Source: a virus. Taken from it: a stretch of 64,000 nt of DNA. Below the pieces are notes generated by a model that searched no databases, was not told the DNA's origin, and was given only the letters and a program-made list of their open reading frames with translations. A program made the position numbers and the translations under genes. The stretch is from positions 1-64,000 of IMG/VR virus record IMGVR_UViG_3300043775_001610. One strand, written 5' to 3'. Shown piece by piece: positions 24,749 through 34,464 of the stretch (positions are counted from its first letter, which is position 1; the number at the start of each line of letters is the position of its first letter).

Positions 24749-27361
24749 ATGGCAACAGTAAGATTACAGTTAAGAAGAGGTACAGAAGCTCAATGGGTGG
24801 CAGCAAACCCAACCCTAGCAGCTGGAGAAATTGGTATTGAAACAGATACTAATACATTTAAATTTGGAGATGGAAGCACTGCTTGGAACTCACTAAGTTA
24901 TGCTCTCTCACAAACAGTAGACGATTATATTCTTCTAAGCACTAAGGGGGTTGCCAATGGAGTTGCTTCATTAGACTCATCAGGATTTATCCCATCATCT
25001 CAACTTCCACCGCTTGCTAAAGTAACCGTAAGCGCTGTTGCAAACCAAGCAGCAAGACTAGCATTGACAGCAGAAGCTGGAGATATTGCTATTCAGTCAG
25101 ATAACGGACAGTCATATGTTCTTTCTGCATCACCTGCATCAACAGATGCAAACTGGAAAGCACTAGTTGGTTCAGAAGCTGTAGTCGATACCGTAGAAAC
25201 AGCATTAGTAGCTGGAACAGGATTAGACAAGACATATAATGATGAAGCAGGAACAATTACAATTGATATTGATTCAACAGTTGCAACACTAACTGGTACA
25301 CAAACACTTACAAATAAAACTTTAACATCTCCAGTTATTAATACACCAACTGGAATTACTAAGTCAGACGTTGGTCTTGCAAATGTTGATAATACAGCAG
25401 ACTCAGCAAAACCAGTATCAACAGCACAAGCATCAGCAATTGCAACTGCCAAGTCAGAAGCTCAAGGATATGCTGATGAGCAAATTGGATTAGTACTTGG
25501 TGCTGCACCAGCAGCGCTAAATACTCTTAACGAGTTAGCAACAGCACTTGGTAATGACGCAAACTTTTCAGGAACTATTACATCAAGCCTTGCAACAAAA
25601 GCTCCAATAAATGCACCAACATTTACTGGTTCTGTAACACTTCCTTCTACAACAACCATTGGCGATGTAAGCAATGTAGAGCTAGGTTATGTAAACGGAG
25701 TAACTTCTGGTATTCAGGTTCAGCTCGATGCAAAAGCACCACTAGCCTCACCAACACTTACTGGTACAGTAACTCTACCAGAATCAACTTCAATCGGTGA
25801 CGTTAGCAATCTAGAAATTGGTTATCTCAACGGCGTTACATCTTCAGTTCAAGGACAAATTGATGCTAAGTTAGCATCAGCAACTGCCGCAACAACTTAC
25901 GCACCACTAGCCTCACCAACACTTACTGGTACAGTAACTCTTCCAGCATCAACTTCAATCGGTGACGTTAGCAATCTAGAAATTGGTTATCTCAACGGCG
26001 TTACATCTTCAGTTCAAGGACAAATTGATGCTAAGTTAGCATCAGCAACTGCCGCAACAACTTACGCAACACTTGTAGCACCAACATTTACTGGAAATGT
26101 AACTCTTCCAGAATCAACTTCAATCGGTGATGTTAGCAACCTAGAAATAGGTTACCTAAACGGAGTAACATCTGGTATTCAAATACAACTAGATGCCAAG
26201 CAGGCAGTTGTTGCTAACGTTTCAGATGTTGAAATTGGCTACCTTGATGGAGTAACATCAGCAATTCAAACTCAATTAAATACCAAGCAGCCAGTTGTTG
26301 CCAACGTTTCAGATGTTGAAATCGGTTACCTTGATGGAGTAACATCATCTATTCAGACTCAAATTGATACTAAAGCACCACTTGCTTCCCCAACATTTAC
26401 AGGAACAGTAACACTTCCTGCAAATACAATTACTCAATCAATGATGTCAGATGATTCAGTTGGAACTGCAGAAATTATTGCAGCATCGGTAACTAGCTCA
26501 GAACTTGCAGTTGATTCAGTAACTGAATCAAAGATTGCAGATGGCGCAGTAACTTCAGCTAAAATTGCAAACGGAACAATCGTAGATGCAGACATTAATG
26601 CTTCTGCAGCAATTGCAACATCTAAGATTTCAGGACTCGATACAGCTCTTGGACTAAAAGCACCACTTGCCTCACCAACATTTACAGGCACAGTATCAGG
26701 AATTACAAAGACTATGGTTGGGCTTGGATCTGTTGATAATACAGCAGACTTAGCAAAGCCAGTATCAACAGCACAGGCTACTGCAATCGCAACTGCTAAG
26801 TCAGAAGCAATTGCAGATGCAACAGCACAGGTAAATGCAGTAATTGCATCTGCTCCAGCAGCACTCAACACACTTGATGAACTTGCTGCAGCACTTGGTG
26901 ATGACGCAAACTTTGCATCGACAGTTACAACTAATTTAGCAGCAAAAGCACCACTTGCTTCCCCAACATTTACTGGTACAGTAACAGTTGCAGCAGCAGG
27001 AGTAGCATTTACAGATGGCACTCAAACAAAAGCTGGTGTCCCATCACTTACAACAATTGGAACTGAAATCTCAGCAGCATATAACCTGTCAACAGGTGGC
27101 CTTGCCCTAAGAGATCAACTTATCCCAGTTGCAGGAACACAGGCAATTACAATACCAACAAATGCAACAACAGCTTTTCCGATTGGTACATCAATTGATT
27201 TTTACCAAGCATCAGGAACTGGCGCAAACTTTGTAGCAGCAGATGGTACAGTTACAATTCTTCGTACACCAGGATTAAAACTAAGAACAACACATTCATC
27301 AGCAACACTTACCAAGGTAGCAGTAAACACTTGGTTGCTAGCTGGAGACTTGACAGCATAA
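24749..27361 (+). CDS. tail fibre protein with Mtd-N-like N-terminus
   Basis: RLQLRRGT.AQW...NP.LA.GEIG.ETDT..FK.GDG.TAW; repeated EIGYL.GVTS.IQ.Q and KAPLASPTFTG; ends W...GDL. Confidence 0.8.
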   Translation: MATVRLQLRRGTEAQWVAANPTLAAGEIGIETDTNTFKFGDGSTAWNSLSYALSQTVDDYILLSTKGVANGVASLDSSGFIPSSQLPPLAKVTVSAVANQAARLALTAEAGDIAIQSDNGQSYVLSASPASTDANWKALVGSEAVVDTVETALVAGTGLDKTYNDEAGTITIDIDSTVATLTGTQTLTNKTLTSPVINTPTGITKSDVGLANVDNTADSAKPVSTAQASAIATAKSEAQGYADEQIGLVLGAAPAALNTLNELATALGNDANFSGTITSSLATKAPINAPTFTGSVTLPSTTTIGDVSNVELGYVNGVTSGIQVQLDAKAPLASPTLTGTVTLPESTSIGDVSNLEIGYLNGVTSSVQGQIDAKLASATAATTYAPLASPTLTGTVTLPASTSIGDVSNLEIGYLNGVTSSVQGQIDAKLASATAATTYATLVAPTFTGNVTLPESTSIGDVSNLEIGYLNGVTSGIQIQLDAKQAVVANVSDVEIGYLDGVTSAIQTQLNTKQPVVANVSDVEIGYLDGVTSSIQTQIDTKAPLASPTFTGTVTLPANTITQSMMSDDSVGTAEIIAASVTSSELAVDSVTESKIADGAVTSAKIANGTIVDADINASAAIATSKISGLDTALGLKAPLASPTFTGTVSGITKTMVGLGSVDNTADLAKPVSTAQATAIATAKSEAIADATAQVNAVIASAPAALNTLDELAAALGDDANFASTVTTNLAAKAPLASPTFTGTVTVAAAGVAFTDGTQTKAGVPSLTTIGTEISAAYNLSTGGLALRDQLIPVAGTQAITIPTNATTAFPIGTSIDFYQASGTGANFVAADGTVTILRTPGLKLRTTHSSATLTKVAVNTWLLAGDLTA

Positions 27362-27390
27362 TTAAAAAAATAAAGATAGGGGCTAAATAA

Positions 27391-28434
27391 ATGGCAAATA
27401 AGAGAATAGGTAGAAAATCCTCAGCGCAGGATAACTTCTTAGAACCAAGTGCAGTTACTTCCTTAACTGCAACAAATGTGGGTACTGGGCGGGCATATAA
27501 TAATGGCGCAGCATCTCTTACATGGTCTTTGCCAGCCGCATCACCCCCAGCAACACTTTATACCATTACATCAACCCCAGCAACAACAACACAAACTACT
27601 TCTAGCACTAGTTATACATTTACTGGATTAGCAAGTGCCACGGCTTATACTTTTACAGTTGTTGCTTCAAACGCTGCGGGATCATCTCAGCCAACAACAT
27701 CAGGATCAATAACTGCTACAACAGTTCCGCAAGCTCCAAACGCATCTGTTTCAACAAGTGCCGCTGGGCCAACCCCAGTCCCAGCTTCTGGCTTTGACAG
27801 AATTACTTTTTCTGCAAACGCTACAGGTGGAAGCGCAATAACTACTTTTCAAATTACTTCTAGCATTCGTGGATCTTTGTCTGCTTCTGCAACATCTCCA
27901 TTTGATACAGCATCTCCAAACTCTGAAACTTATACTGTTTACGCAACGAATGCAAATGGACAGTCTGCTGGCACGACAACTGGAACTGTAGAAACTTTTA
28001 CGCCACCACACTTCCCACCGTTCTTCCCACCGTTCTTCCCACCACATTTCCCACCATTCTTCCCACCTTTCTTCCCACCACACTTCCCACCGTTCTTCCC
28101 ACCACACTTCCCACCGTTCTTCCCACCGTTCTTCCCACCACATTTCCCACCATTCTTCCCACCACACTTCCCACCATTCTTCCCACCATTCTTCCCACCG
28201 TTCTTCCCACCGTTCTTCCCACCACACTTCCCACCGTTCTTCCCACCACACTTCCCACCGTTCTTCCCACCGTTCTTCCCACCGTTCTTCCCACCGTTCT
28301 TCCCACCTTACTTCCCACCGTTCTTCCCACCACACTTCCCACCGTTCTTCCCACCGTTCTTCCCGCCACACTTTGTAGGAGGATCCTACTTCTGCCCATG
28401 GTGTGATTGCGCAGGGTCTAACTGGTACTGCTAA
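27391..28434 (+). CDS. FN3-domain virion protein with (PPxF)31 tract and C-terminal Cys cluster
   Basis: LTW..P......Y......FTGL...T.YTFTV.A.N..G.S FN3 signature; PPHF/PPFF repeats; [13 protein letters not shown]. Confidence 0.8.
   Translation: MANKRIGRKSSAQDNFLEPSAVTSLTATNVGTGRAYNNGAASLTWSLPAASPPATLYTITSTPATTTQTTSSTSYTFTGLASATAYTFTVVASNAAGSSQPTTSGSITATTVPQAPNASVSTSAAGPTPVPASGFDRITFSANATGGSAITTFQITSSIRGSLSASATSPFDTASPNSETYTVYATNANGQSAGTTTGTVETFTPPHFPPFFPPFFPPHFPPFFPPFFPPHFPPFFPPHFPPFFPPFFPPHFPPFFPPHFPPFFPPFFPPFFPPFFPPHFPPFFPPHFPPFFPPFFPPFFPPFFPPYFPPFFPPHFPPFFPPFFPPHFVGGSYFCPWCDCAGSNWYC
28003..28374 (+). repeat. 31 x 12-bp tandem repeat CCACC(A/G)(TTC/CAC)TTC
   Basis: 372 nt encoding 20 PPFF, 10 PPHF and 1 PPYF. 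Confidence 0.95.
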
Positions 28435-28444
28435 TTAATACTAA

Positions 28445-28470
28445 CTGGGGCAATAGAAATATTGCCCCAG
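28445..28470 (+). terminator. perfect hairpin after the PPxF gene
   Basis: CTGGGGCAATA-GAAA-TATTGCCCCAG. Confidence 0.6.
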
Positions 28471-28520
28471 GGTATTGATAAAAAATAAAAAATATTGTAC
28501 AATTATTAAAAGGAGATATA

Positions 28521-28967
28521 ATGCCATACTTTGGATATGTAAGAGACGGAATAGTCAAATACGTTCAGCTTGTAACAAGCTCTACCCCCGCACAGTCAAA
28601 ATGGATAGCGCTAAATAGATCAGGAGTTATCTTAAAAGACTCAAGTAATTACGATGTAATGCCAGGAGACTTGTTTACTGATGGTAAATTTTATAAAAAA
28701 GACGCCGAAACTAATAATACAACTTTACTAGAAGATGGTGCATTTACTCTCCCAAACGCAATAAGAGTTGCTGGAATTGTTGATGGCGAAATAGTCGGAC
28801 AATGGGGAATGGGAACAGAACTCTTTGAAAACATAGAAGAAGCTCATCAGTTTATTGATGATATAGTTAACTCTCAAATAGTTGAAATAGAACAAGAGCA
28901 GCAGTTTTTAGTTGAAAAAGGTTGGCTTTATGATGGAGTCAATTTTACTAACCCAGACAATGCTTGA
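28521..28967 (+). CDS. hypothetical protein (two V.DG.V...G...DG..F units)
   Basis: ORF track; resembles 21002-21280. Confidence 0.7.
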   Translation: MPYFGYVRDGIVKYVQLVTSSTPAQSKWIALNRSGVILKDSSNYDVMPGDLFTDGKFYKKDAETNNTTLLEDGAFTLPNAIRVAGIVDGEIVGQWGMGTELFENIEEAHQFIDDIVNSQIVEIEQEQQFLVEKGWLYDGVNFTNPDNA

Positions 28968-29221
28968 TGAGCAGCGATAGCAAAAAAAGTGCTTGGGAAA
29001 AGTATAAAGAAAGTCTAGGAGACTCCAGACCTTGGGATTTTTTAGATCCAAATACAAAATATGTAGATAAATCTGTATCTGAAAAAAGATACAGTATTTG
29101 TCTATCTTGTCCAGAATTTATAAAAACAACAAAACAGTGTAAAAAATGTGGCTGTGTAATGACTTTAAAAACTAAACTTAGTAACGCTGAGTGTCCAATA
29201 GAAAAATGGGGAAAAGAATGA
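28964..29221 (+). CDS. small Cys-rich protein (DUF6171-like)
   Basis: RPWD...ICLSCP......QCKKCGCVM..KTKL....CP..KW; paralog of 20754. Confidence 0.75.
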   Translation: MMSSDSKKSAWEKYKESLGDSRPWDFLDPNTKYVDKSVSEKRYSICLSCPEFIKTTKQCKKCGCVMTLKTKLSNAECPIEKWGKE

Positions 29222-29880
29222 TGTATGAAAAAGAAGAGCTATTTCCAGGACTTTGGGTATATAGAAACGTAATTACTCCAGAGATGGATATAATTAATAG
29301 GCTAGAAAACGCTATAAGTAATTCCAAAGGTATGCATACTTGGAAAGAAGCAACAGTCGGATACAGAGAAAAAATGCCTGACTATAGAGATTGCGTAGAC
29401 TTTAAATGGAAAAAGTTCGATGATGATTTTGGAAACAAATACAATACCGAAGTGAATTCAGTATGGCAAGATGTATATGATGTTCAGGCTGTTGCACTAA
29501 ATGATTACTCTTCTTTTTACAATATTGAGTTAAAGTATTGGGAAGCAATGAATTTTATTAAATATGGAGAAGGTCAACATTTTTCTTACCATTCAGATCA
29601 TGGTTGGTCATATATATCAACAGTATCAATGGTTGCATATATTAACGATGATTATGAAGAGGGCGGACTAAGATTTGATAAGCTTGATTTAACAATAAAA
29701 CCAAAAGCTGGAGACCTATACATATTCCCATCTACATATTTATTTTCACACGCTGCTCTTCCAGTAAAATCTGGTATTAAATATTCAATTGTTACAATGA
29801 CAGATTATAATGATGCTACACATACAGAATCTTTTTATAGACAATTTATGTCTGAAAAGTCAATGAAAGATGGGTACTGA
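29218..29880 (+). CDS. 2OG-Fe(II) oxygenase (prolyl 4-hydroxylase-like)
   Basis: KYGEGQHF..HSD...YINDDYEEGGL.F...KPKAGD..IFPS..LFSHA..PVKSG.KYSIV. Confidence 0.9.
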   Translation: MMYEKEELFPGLWVYRNVITPEMDIINRLENAISNSKGMHTWKEATVGYREKMPDYRDCVDFKWKKFDDDFGNKYNTEVNSVWQDVYDVQAVALNDYSSFYNIELKYWEAMNFIKYGEGQHFSYHSDHGWSYISTVSMVAYINDDYEEGGLRFDKLDLTIKPKAGDLYIFPSTYLFSHAALPVKSGIKYSIVTMTDYNDATHTESFYRQFMSEKSMKDGY

Positions 29881-30614
29881 TGAACTTTGATGTTTATAAA
29901 GTTTATCCAAATCAATCAGCAAATATCCAGCCTTTAGGTGTAAAAAGAGAATGGATGGATGAGACATCTGATAAGCATGCTTATCATTGTTTTCCAGTAA
30001 GCTTATCAAATACTTTAGGTTGGGGAATTTCTTTTCCAGTTGATATTGAATTTATTTGGGACGGTATATCAGATTCAACGGATACTCATGTTAAGGTTTT
30101 AAAGGGTCACGAGTATGTTTCAACCTCAAGGGCTAATGCAACCATTAGCTTTAATACAAATTTGGTAATAAGAAGCGAAGAAAATGTAAGTATGCTGGCT
30201 ATGCCGACACCAAACTGGCCAATAGATGGCGTTTGGCCTTTTACAACGTTAATAAGCACTTCATTTTTTAAAGGAACATTTCCTGTTGCATGGAGAATAA
30301 CAAAGGCTAACGAAGTTATTACTATACCAGCTAACACGCCAGTAGCATCAGTAATTCCTATATCTTTATCTAACTTAAACAATTCAGTAGCAACAATAAA
30401 AGGATACAAAGACTTGCCTATAGACTTTTTCCCAAAAGAAGACTACGGTAAAATTGTTAGCGATATTAATAAATCTGGAAAATGGACTGACTTCTATAGA
30501 AATGCTGTAGACCATAAGAATAATAAAATTGGATCTCATGAGGTAAAATCTTTAAGATTAAAAAATGATGAAACTTTCATAGATGGTCCAGAAGGCTGCG
30601 GTATACCAAAATGA
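29880..30614 (+). CDS. DUF6065 family protein
   Basis: I.P....R.WMD.T...HAY.C.P....N..GW.I..P.D....WDG. Confidence 0.75.
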   Translation: MNFDVYKVYPNQSANIQPLGVKREWMDETSDKHAYHCFPVSLSNTLGWGISFPVDIEFIWDGISDSTDTHVKVLKGHEYVSTSRANATISFNTNLVIRSEENVSMLAMPTPNWPIDGVWPFTTLISTSFFKGTFPVAWRITKANEVITIPANTPVASVIPISLSNLNNSVATIKGYKDLPIDFFPKEDYGKIVSDINKSGKWTDFYRNAVDHKNNKIGSHEVKSLRLKNDETFIDGPEGCGIPK

Positions 30615-31330
30615 ACAAGATAACATTTCATTCTAACAAGCATTATAATGATACAGAAACAGCACCCTGCCCAACTGCAAAAGTTATACCAAAATGGTGG
30701 CATGATGCTGATATTTATATAAAAGATTTTTATGGCAATCCAGTTTCTAATGCAAATAAAGACGGCGGTAAGATGCTAAACTTTAAAGCATGTCCAGCTA
30801 TGCTTGATACATTTACAACAGGATACACACTTGTTACACCTTGTGATATAGAATTTTATGAAAAAAATAATAGAATCAAAGCAAAAGTTCCATTAAAGTT
30901 TGATGATTTTGTTGGAGAGAGGCCAGCATCTGATGGATTCCAAGTTCCTTTTGGCTATGATAAGAATCATTTTCATTGGTATGCTAATTGGGCTCCACAG
31001 CTACCAGAAGGGTACAGCTCTTTGTATGTTCAGCCTATAAATCATTTTGATTTACCATGGCTTACTGTTGGTGGTATAATAGATAGTGATAAGGTTACAA
31101 CCTCTGGGCTGATACCGTTTTTTATACAAAATGGATTTACTGGCGTTGTTCCAGCAGGGACACCATATTTACAAATAATACCATTTAAAAGAGAAGATTG
31201 GGAATCAGATTTTATTTTTCATAAGCCAATTGATATTATGCAAAAAGCTATGAAGACGTCAGAGACTTTTAGAACACCAGAGGGTGGAGTCTATAAGAAG
31301 AAATTTTGGACTAGAAGGAGATATAAGTAA
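30611..31330 (+). CDS. DUF6065-related protein
   Basis: IP.WW...FKACPA.LD...TGY...TPCD...P.GYS.L...P.N...G.IDSD...GTP..QIIPFKRE.W; paralog of 21300. Confidence 0.7.
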   Translation: MNKITFHSNKHYNDTETAPCPTAKVIPKWWHDADIYIKDFYGNPVSNANKDGGKMLNFKACPAMLDTFTTGYTLVTPCDIEFYEKNNRIKAKVPLKFDDFVGERPASDGFQVPFGYDKNHFHWYANWAPQLPEGYSSLYVQPINHFDLPWLTVGGIIDSDKVTTSGLIPFFIQNGFTGVVPAGTPYLQIIPFKREDWESDFIFHKPIDIMQKAMKTSETFRTPEGGVYKKKFWTRRRYK

Positions 31331-32020
31331 ATGGAAAAAAGATTAAATACCAATAAAACTCACGACTACAGGTCTTTGGGATCTATAACTCCATCTGGAT
31401 TCTTTGGCGCAGGACCTGAAAATATTGTAGAGTTAAAAAACTTTTTAACAGATGAAGAAAGAGTAAGACTCACCCACTTTGCTAAAAACAATACAACTTG
31501 GGATATTACAGATTCTCACGTAAATGAAAATGGAACTGTGATATATGATGCTAACGCTTGGCACGACAGAGTTTGCACTCGTAGATCTATGGAAATTTCT
31601 GCTGACCCACATATTGTAGATGTTGTAGACAACCTAATATCCAGACTGCAGGTAGAGGTAGAAAAATTTTTTAACGTTAAGGTACAAGCAACAGGCCCAG
31701 CTATTGTTAGATGGCCAATAGGGTCAAGACAGGATCCACACGCAGACAAAGAGCTTCACGAAGGTCCAGATGCAGGAACTCCAAACGATTTTCCACATTA
31801 CGATATAGCTTCATTATTTTATTTTAACGATGACTACGAAGGCGGAGAATTGTTTTTCCCTGTTCAAGGAATAGAATTTAAACCTGTTGGGGGATCAGCA
31901 TATTTTTTCCCAGGAGATAAAAATTATATTCATGGAGTAAGACCAATTATCGCAGGAGGAAGATACACCTCACCATTCTTTTGGCAGATACTTGAGCACA
32001 CTGGTGACATAAAGCCATGA
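31331..32020 (+). CDS. 2OG-Fe(II) oxygenase
   Basis: RWP.G..Q.PHAD...YFNDDYEGGELFFP...FFPGD..YIHGV....GGRYT. Confidence 0.9.
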   Translation: MEKRLNTNKTHDYRSLGSITPSGFFGAGPENIVELKNFLTDEERVRLTHFAKNNTTWDITDSHVNENGTVIYDANAWHDRVCTRRSMEISADPHIVDVVDNLISRLQVEVEKFFNVKVQATGPAIVRWPIGSRQDPHADKELHEGPDAGTPNDFPHYDIASLFYFNDDYEGGELFFPVQGIEFKPVGGSAYFFPGDKNYIHGVRPIIAGGRYTSPFFWQILEHTGDIKP

Positions 32021-32871
32021 CCCTTGAATATAAAGAGATATATCCAAAGATATGGGTATTTAAAAATCCATGGAAAGACATAGACCTATTAACAAAAACA
32101 ATAATTGATTCGGAACAAAACCCAGAAGGCTCTGCTTTAAATTGGCATGGCTGGTACACCTTTGGAAAAGAAGCTGATCAGTTTAACCATTCAATTGAAT
32201 CATCTGAAAGAACTGAATTAGAAAAACGTTTCTGGGATGAAATAATTGAGGTTTTTAATAAAACAACAAGTCAGTATGCGGATACTTTTAGCGTACCACT
32301 TGATAGAGACGCAATAGTTTTTAACGAAGAAACTGGAAACGATGATCCTATGTGGAAAAGAATGGGACCTTCAATATGTAAGTATGAAGTCGATGGAGGA
32401 ATTGAAGATTCCGACCTTGCAATGCATGTACATACAGACTACCAAAGAGACTATCATGATTTTAGAGGATATAAGTTTACGTTTACCTGCACCATGTATT
32501 TAAATGGAGACTATGAAGGCGGAGGACTTACTTTTTTGGTAGACAATAAAACTCTTTATTACAAACCAGAAAAGGGCGACATTTTGTTATTCCCAGCAGG
32601 AGACCCAGATTTTCTTTCCGATGCTGGACAATTTTATATGCATGGAGTTGAAAAAGTTAAGGGCACCCCTAAGTATTTTGTAAGAAACCATTGGGTTAGA
32701 TTTTATCCTGGATCGCCAGAATGGCTAGAAAACGAAAAACTTTATGGAAAAGAAATATGGAAAGAAATGGAAATTGCCAGAACTAAAGAAGAAAGAAAGT
32801 CTGGAGCTTATCAAACAATAAACTATGATGAACTTAAAAAGCTAGAAAGGATTAATTTAAATGACATTTAA
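32017..32871 (+). CDS. 2OG-Fe(II) oxygenase
   Basis: HTD...YLNGDYEGGGL.F...YKPEKGD...FP...HGV......KY. Confidence 0.88.
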   Translation: MTLEYKEIYPKIWVFKNPWKDIDLLTKTIIDSEQNPEGSALNWHGWYTFGKEADQFNHSIESSERTELEKRFWDEIIEVFNKTTSQYADTFSVPLDRDAIVFNEETGNDDPMWKRMGPSICKYEVDGGIEDSDLAMHVHTDYQRDYHDFRGYKFTFTCTMYLNGDYEGGGLTFLVDNKTLYYKPEKGDILLFPAGDPDFLSDAGQFYMHGVEKVKGTPKYFVRNHWVRFYPGSPEWLENEKLYGKEIWKEMEIARTKEERKSGAYQTINYDELKKLERINLNDI

Positions 32872-33613
32872 TTTAGAAAATCAGAATAGAGTTAAAGAAG
32901 ACATAGTGTTTTTTGAAAATTTTCTTAGTCCAGAAGATTGCGAAAAAGTTATTAAATATTGGGAGCATTCTGTAGAAAAAGGAACTCTTCCATGGGCACC
33001 AATATCATTCTACGATTCCTTTGCTTCAAATTTACCAGACGATGAAGACAAGGAAAAGTTTGGCCTTCCTTCTGATTTTTTTACTAAGCTTCAAGATAAA
33101 ATACAAGAGGCTACAGAAATATGTAGAGGCGATAAGGTTAGACTAGTTAGCTATCACGCACAGAAATGGGTAGAGGGAGCTTATGCAGGTTACCATTCAG
33201 ACAATACCCCAATAGATTCTCCAGAATACAACTCTTTTGAAAGAAGCAAGTGGGCAGCATTCCTTTACTTAAATGATGATTTTGAAGGTGGCGTTTTAAA
33301 CTTTAGGGATCATGATATTTCTTTGCAGCCAAAAACTGGAATGCTAGCAGCATTTGCTGGAGGTCATCACAATATACATGAAGTACAAATGATTACTAAG
33401 GGAACAAGAATAACTATAGGATCATTTTGGGATAATGAAGAGGCTGTTTATAGCGAAGAAAAGCAGGCTATGTGGGAAACCGATATAGCAGATCAAAGAA
33501 AAAGACAGGCAGAGGACGCAGAGCTTTGGGCAGAACTTAAAGCAAGAGGTGAAAGACTAAAGCCTGGACCAGATCAAACTGCTAAAAAAGAAGTAGCATT
33601 GGAGATAGAATGA
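32861..33613 (+). CDS. 2OG-Fe(II) oxygenase
   Basis: HSDN...LYLNDDFEGG.L.F...PK.G....F.G...N.HEV..I..G.R. Confidence 0.88.
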   Translation: MTFNLENQNRVKEDIVFFENFLSPEDCEKVIKYWEHSVEKGTLPWAPISFYDSFASNLPDDEDKEKFGLPSDFFTKLQDKIQEATEICRGDKVRLVSYHAQKWVEGAYAGYHSDNTPIDSPEYNSFERSKWAAFLYLNDDFEGGVLNFRDHDISLQPKTGMLAAFAGGHHNIHEVQMITKGTRITIGSFWDNEEAVYSEEKQAMWETDIADQRKRQAEDAELWAELKARGERLKPGPDQTAKKEVALEIE

Positions 33614-34419
33614 TAAAAACGACTGTATTAGAAAACGGAATGATTAGAGAAGAGCTTCACCCGCAAGTTTATTATTATAGAAATGCTATCCCTAATGTAA
33701 AAGAATGGCTAGATCTTGTAAATGATTCTGAAAATCATGAAGACCTTTATTCGATTATCACACCATGGAACACATGGGATGTAGATGAAAACAGAGCTTT
33801 TGGAAACCCTTATGTTTACGGATATAAAAAATTATGTTTGTTAAATAGTGTTTTTAATATAGATAAAGACGTCACAGAAGAAACAAAAGAGTTCTTTATT
33901 AAAATTAGAGATCCACTTTTTAATGCAATTAAGGCAGTTTGTGAAGATTATAAAGAGTCTCAAGGAATTAAAGAAGATATTATATTGCTAGAGCAATTTG
34001 GAGTTCATAGATATAGGTCTGGTAACTTTATGGGAGTTCATCATGATTCACAAGAAGGTGACACTAGACTTCTTTATTCCATGGTAGTTTGGCCTAATGA
34101 TGACTATGAAGGTGGAGAACTATCTTTTTCTATAAAAGACGGAGTTCTTACTAGCACAGAGCTTTCTTTGCAGGGCGATCTTTTTGATCCTAAAAATGAA
34201 GGCTTGTATGATTTTTATATTAAGCCAGAAGCGGGGAGCATAGTAATATTCCCTTCACCTTCTCCATTTAGCCATACAGCACATGTTGTTAAATCTGGAT
34301 GGAAGTATATGTTACCAATGTTTTGGATAGACCCTAATGGAGAAGATGCATTGTTTAAGCAAGATCCAGAGTGGCGGCCAGAGTTTGTTTACCCAGATAA
34401 AGAAGATTTATTTAAGTAA
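33610..34419 (+). CDS. 2OG-Fe(II) oxygenase
   Basis: MG.HHD...NDDYEGGELSF...KP.AGS.VIFPS..P..HTAH.V..G.KY. Confidence 0.88.
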   Translation: MIKTTVLENGMIREELHPQVYYYRNAIPNVKEWLDLVNDSENHEDLYSIITPWNTWDVDENRAFGNPYVYGYKKLCLLNSVFNIDKDVTEETKEFFIKIRDPLFNAIKAVCEDYKESQGIKEDIILLEQFGVHRYRSGNFMGVHHDSQEGDTRLLYSMVVWPNDDYEGGELSFSIKDGVLTSTELSLQGDLFDPKNEGLYDFYIKPEAGSIVIFPSPSPFSHTAHVVKSGWKYMLPMFWIDPNGEDALFKQDPEWRPEFVYPDKEDLFK

Positions 34420-34464
34420 AAATATCTGGTACAATTATTACAAAAGTTATAAATAGGAGGAAGT

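Noticed and set aside
17394-27361. Diversity-generating retroelement suggested by Mtd-N-like fibre starts
   Set aside because: No reverse transcriptase in the window and no TR/VR pair with adenine-specific differences; shared repeats differ mainly at synonymous sites.
27751-28399. Minus-strand ORFs (WEERW..., VGRT...)
   Set aside because: Stop-free shadows of the 12-bp PPxF repeat, antisense to an FN3-containing gene.
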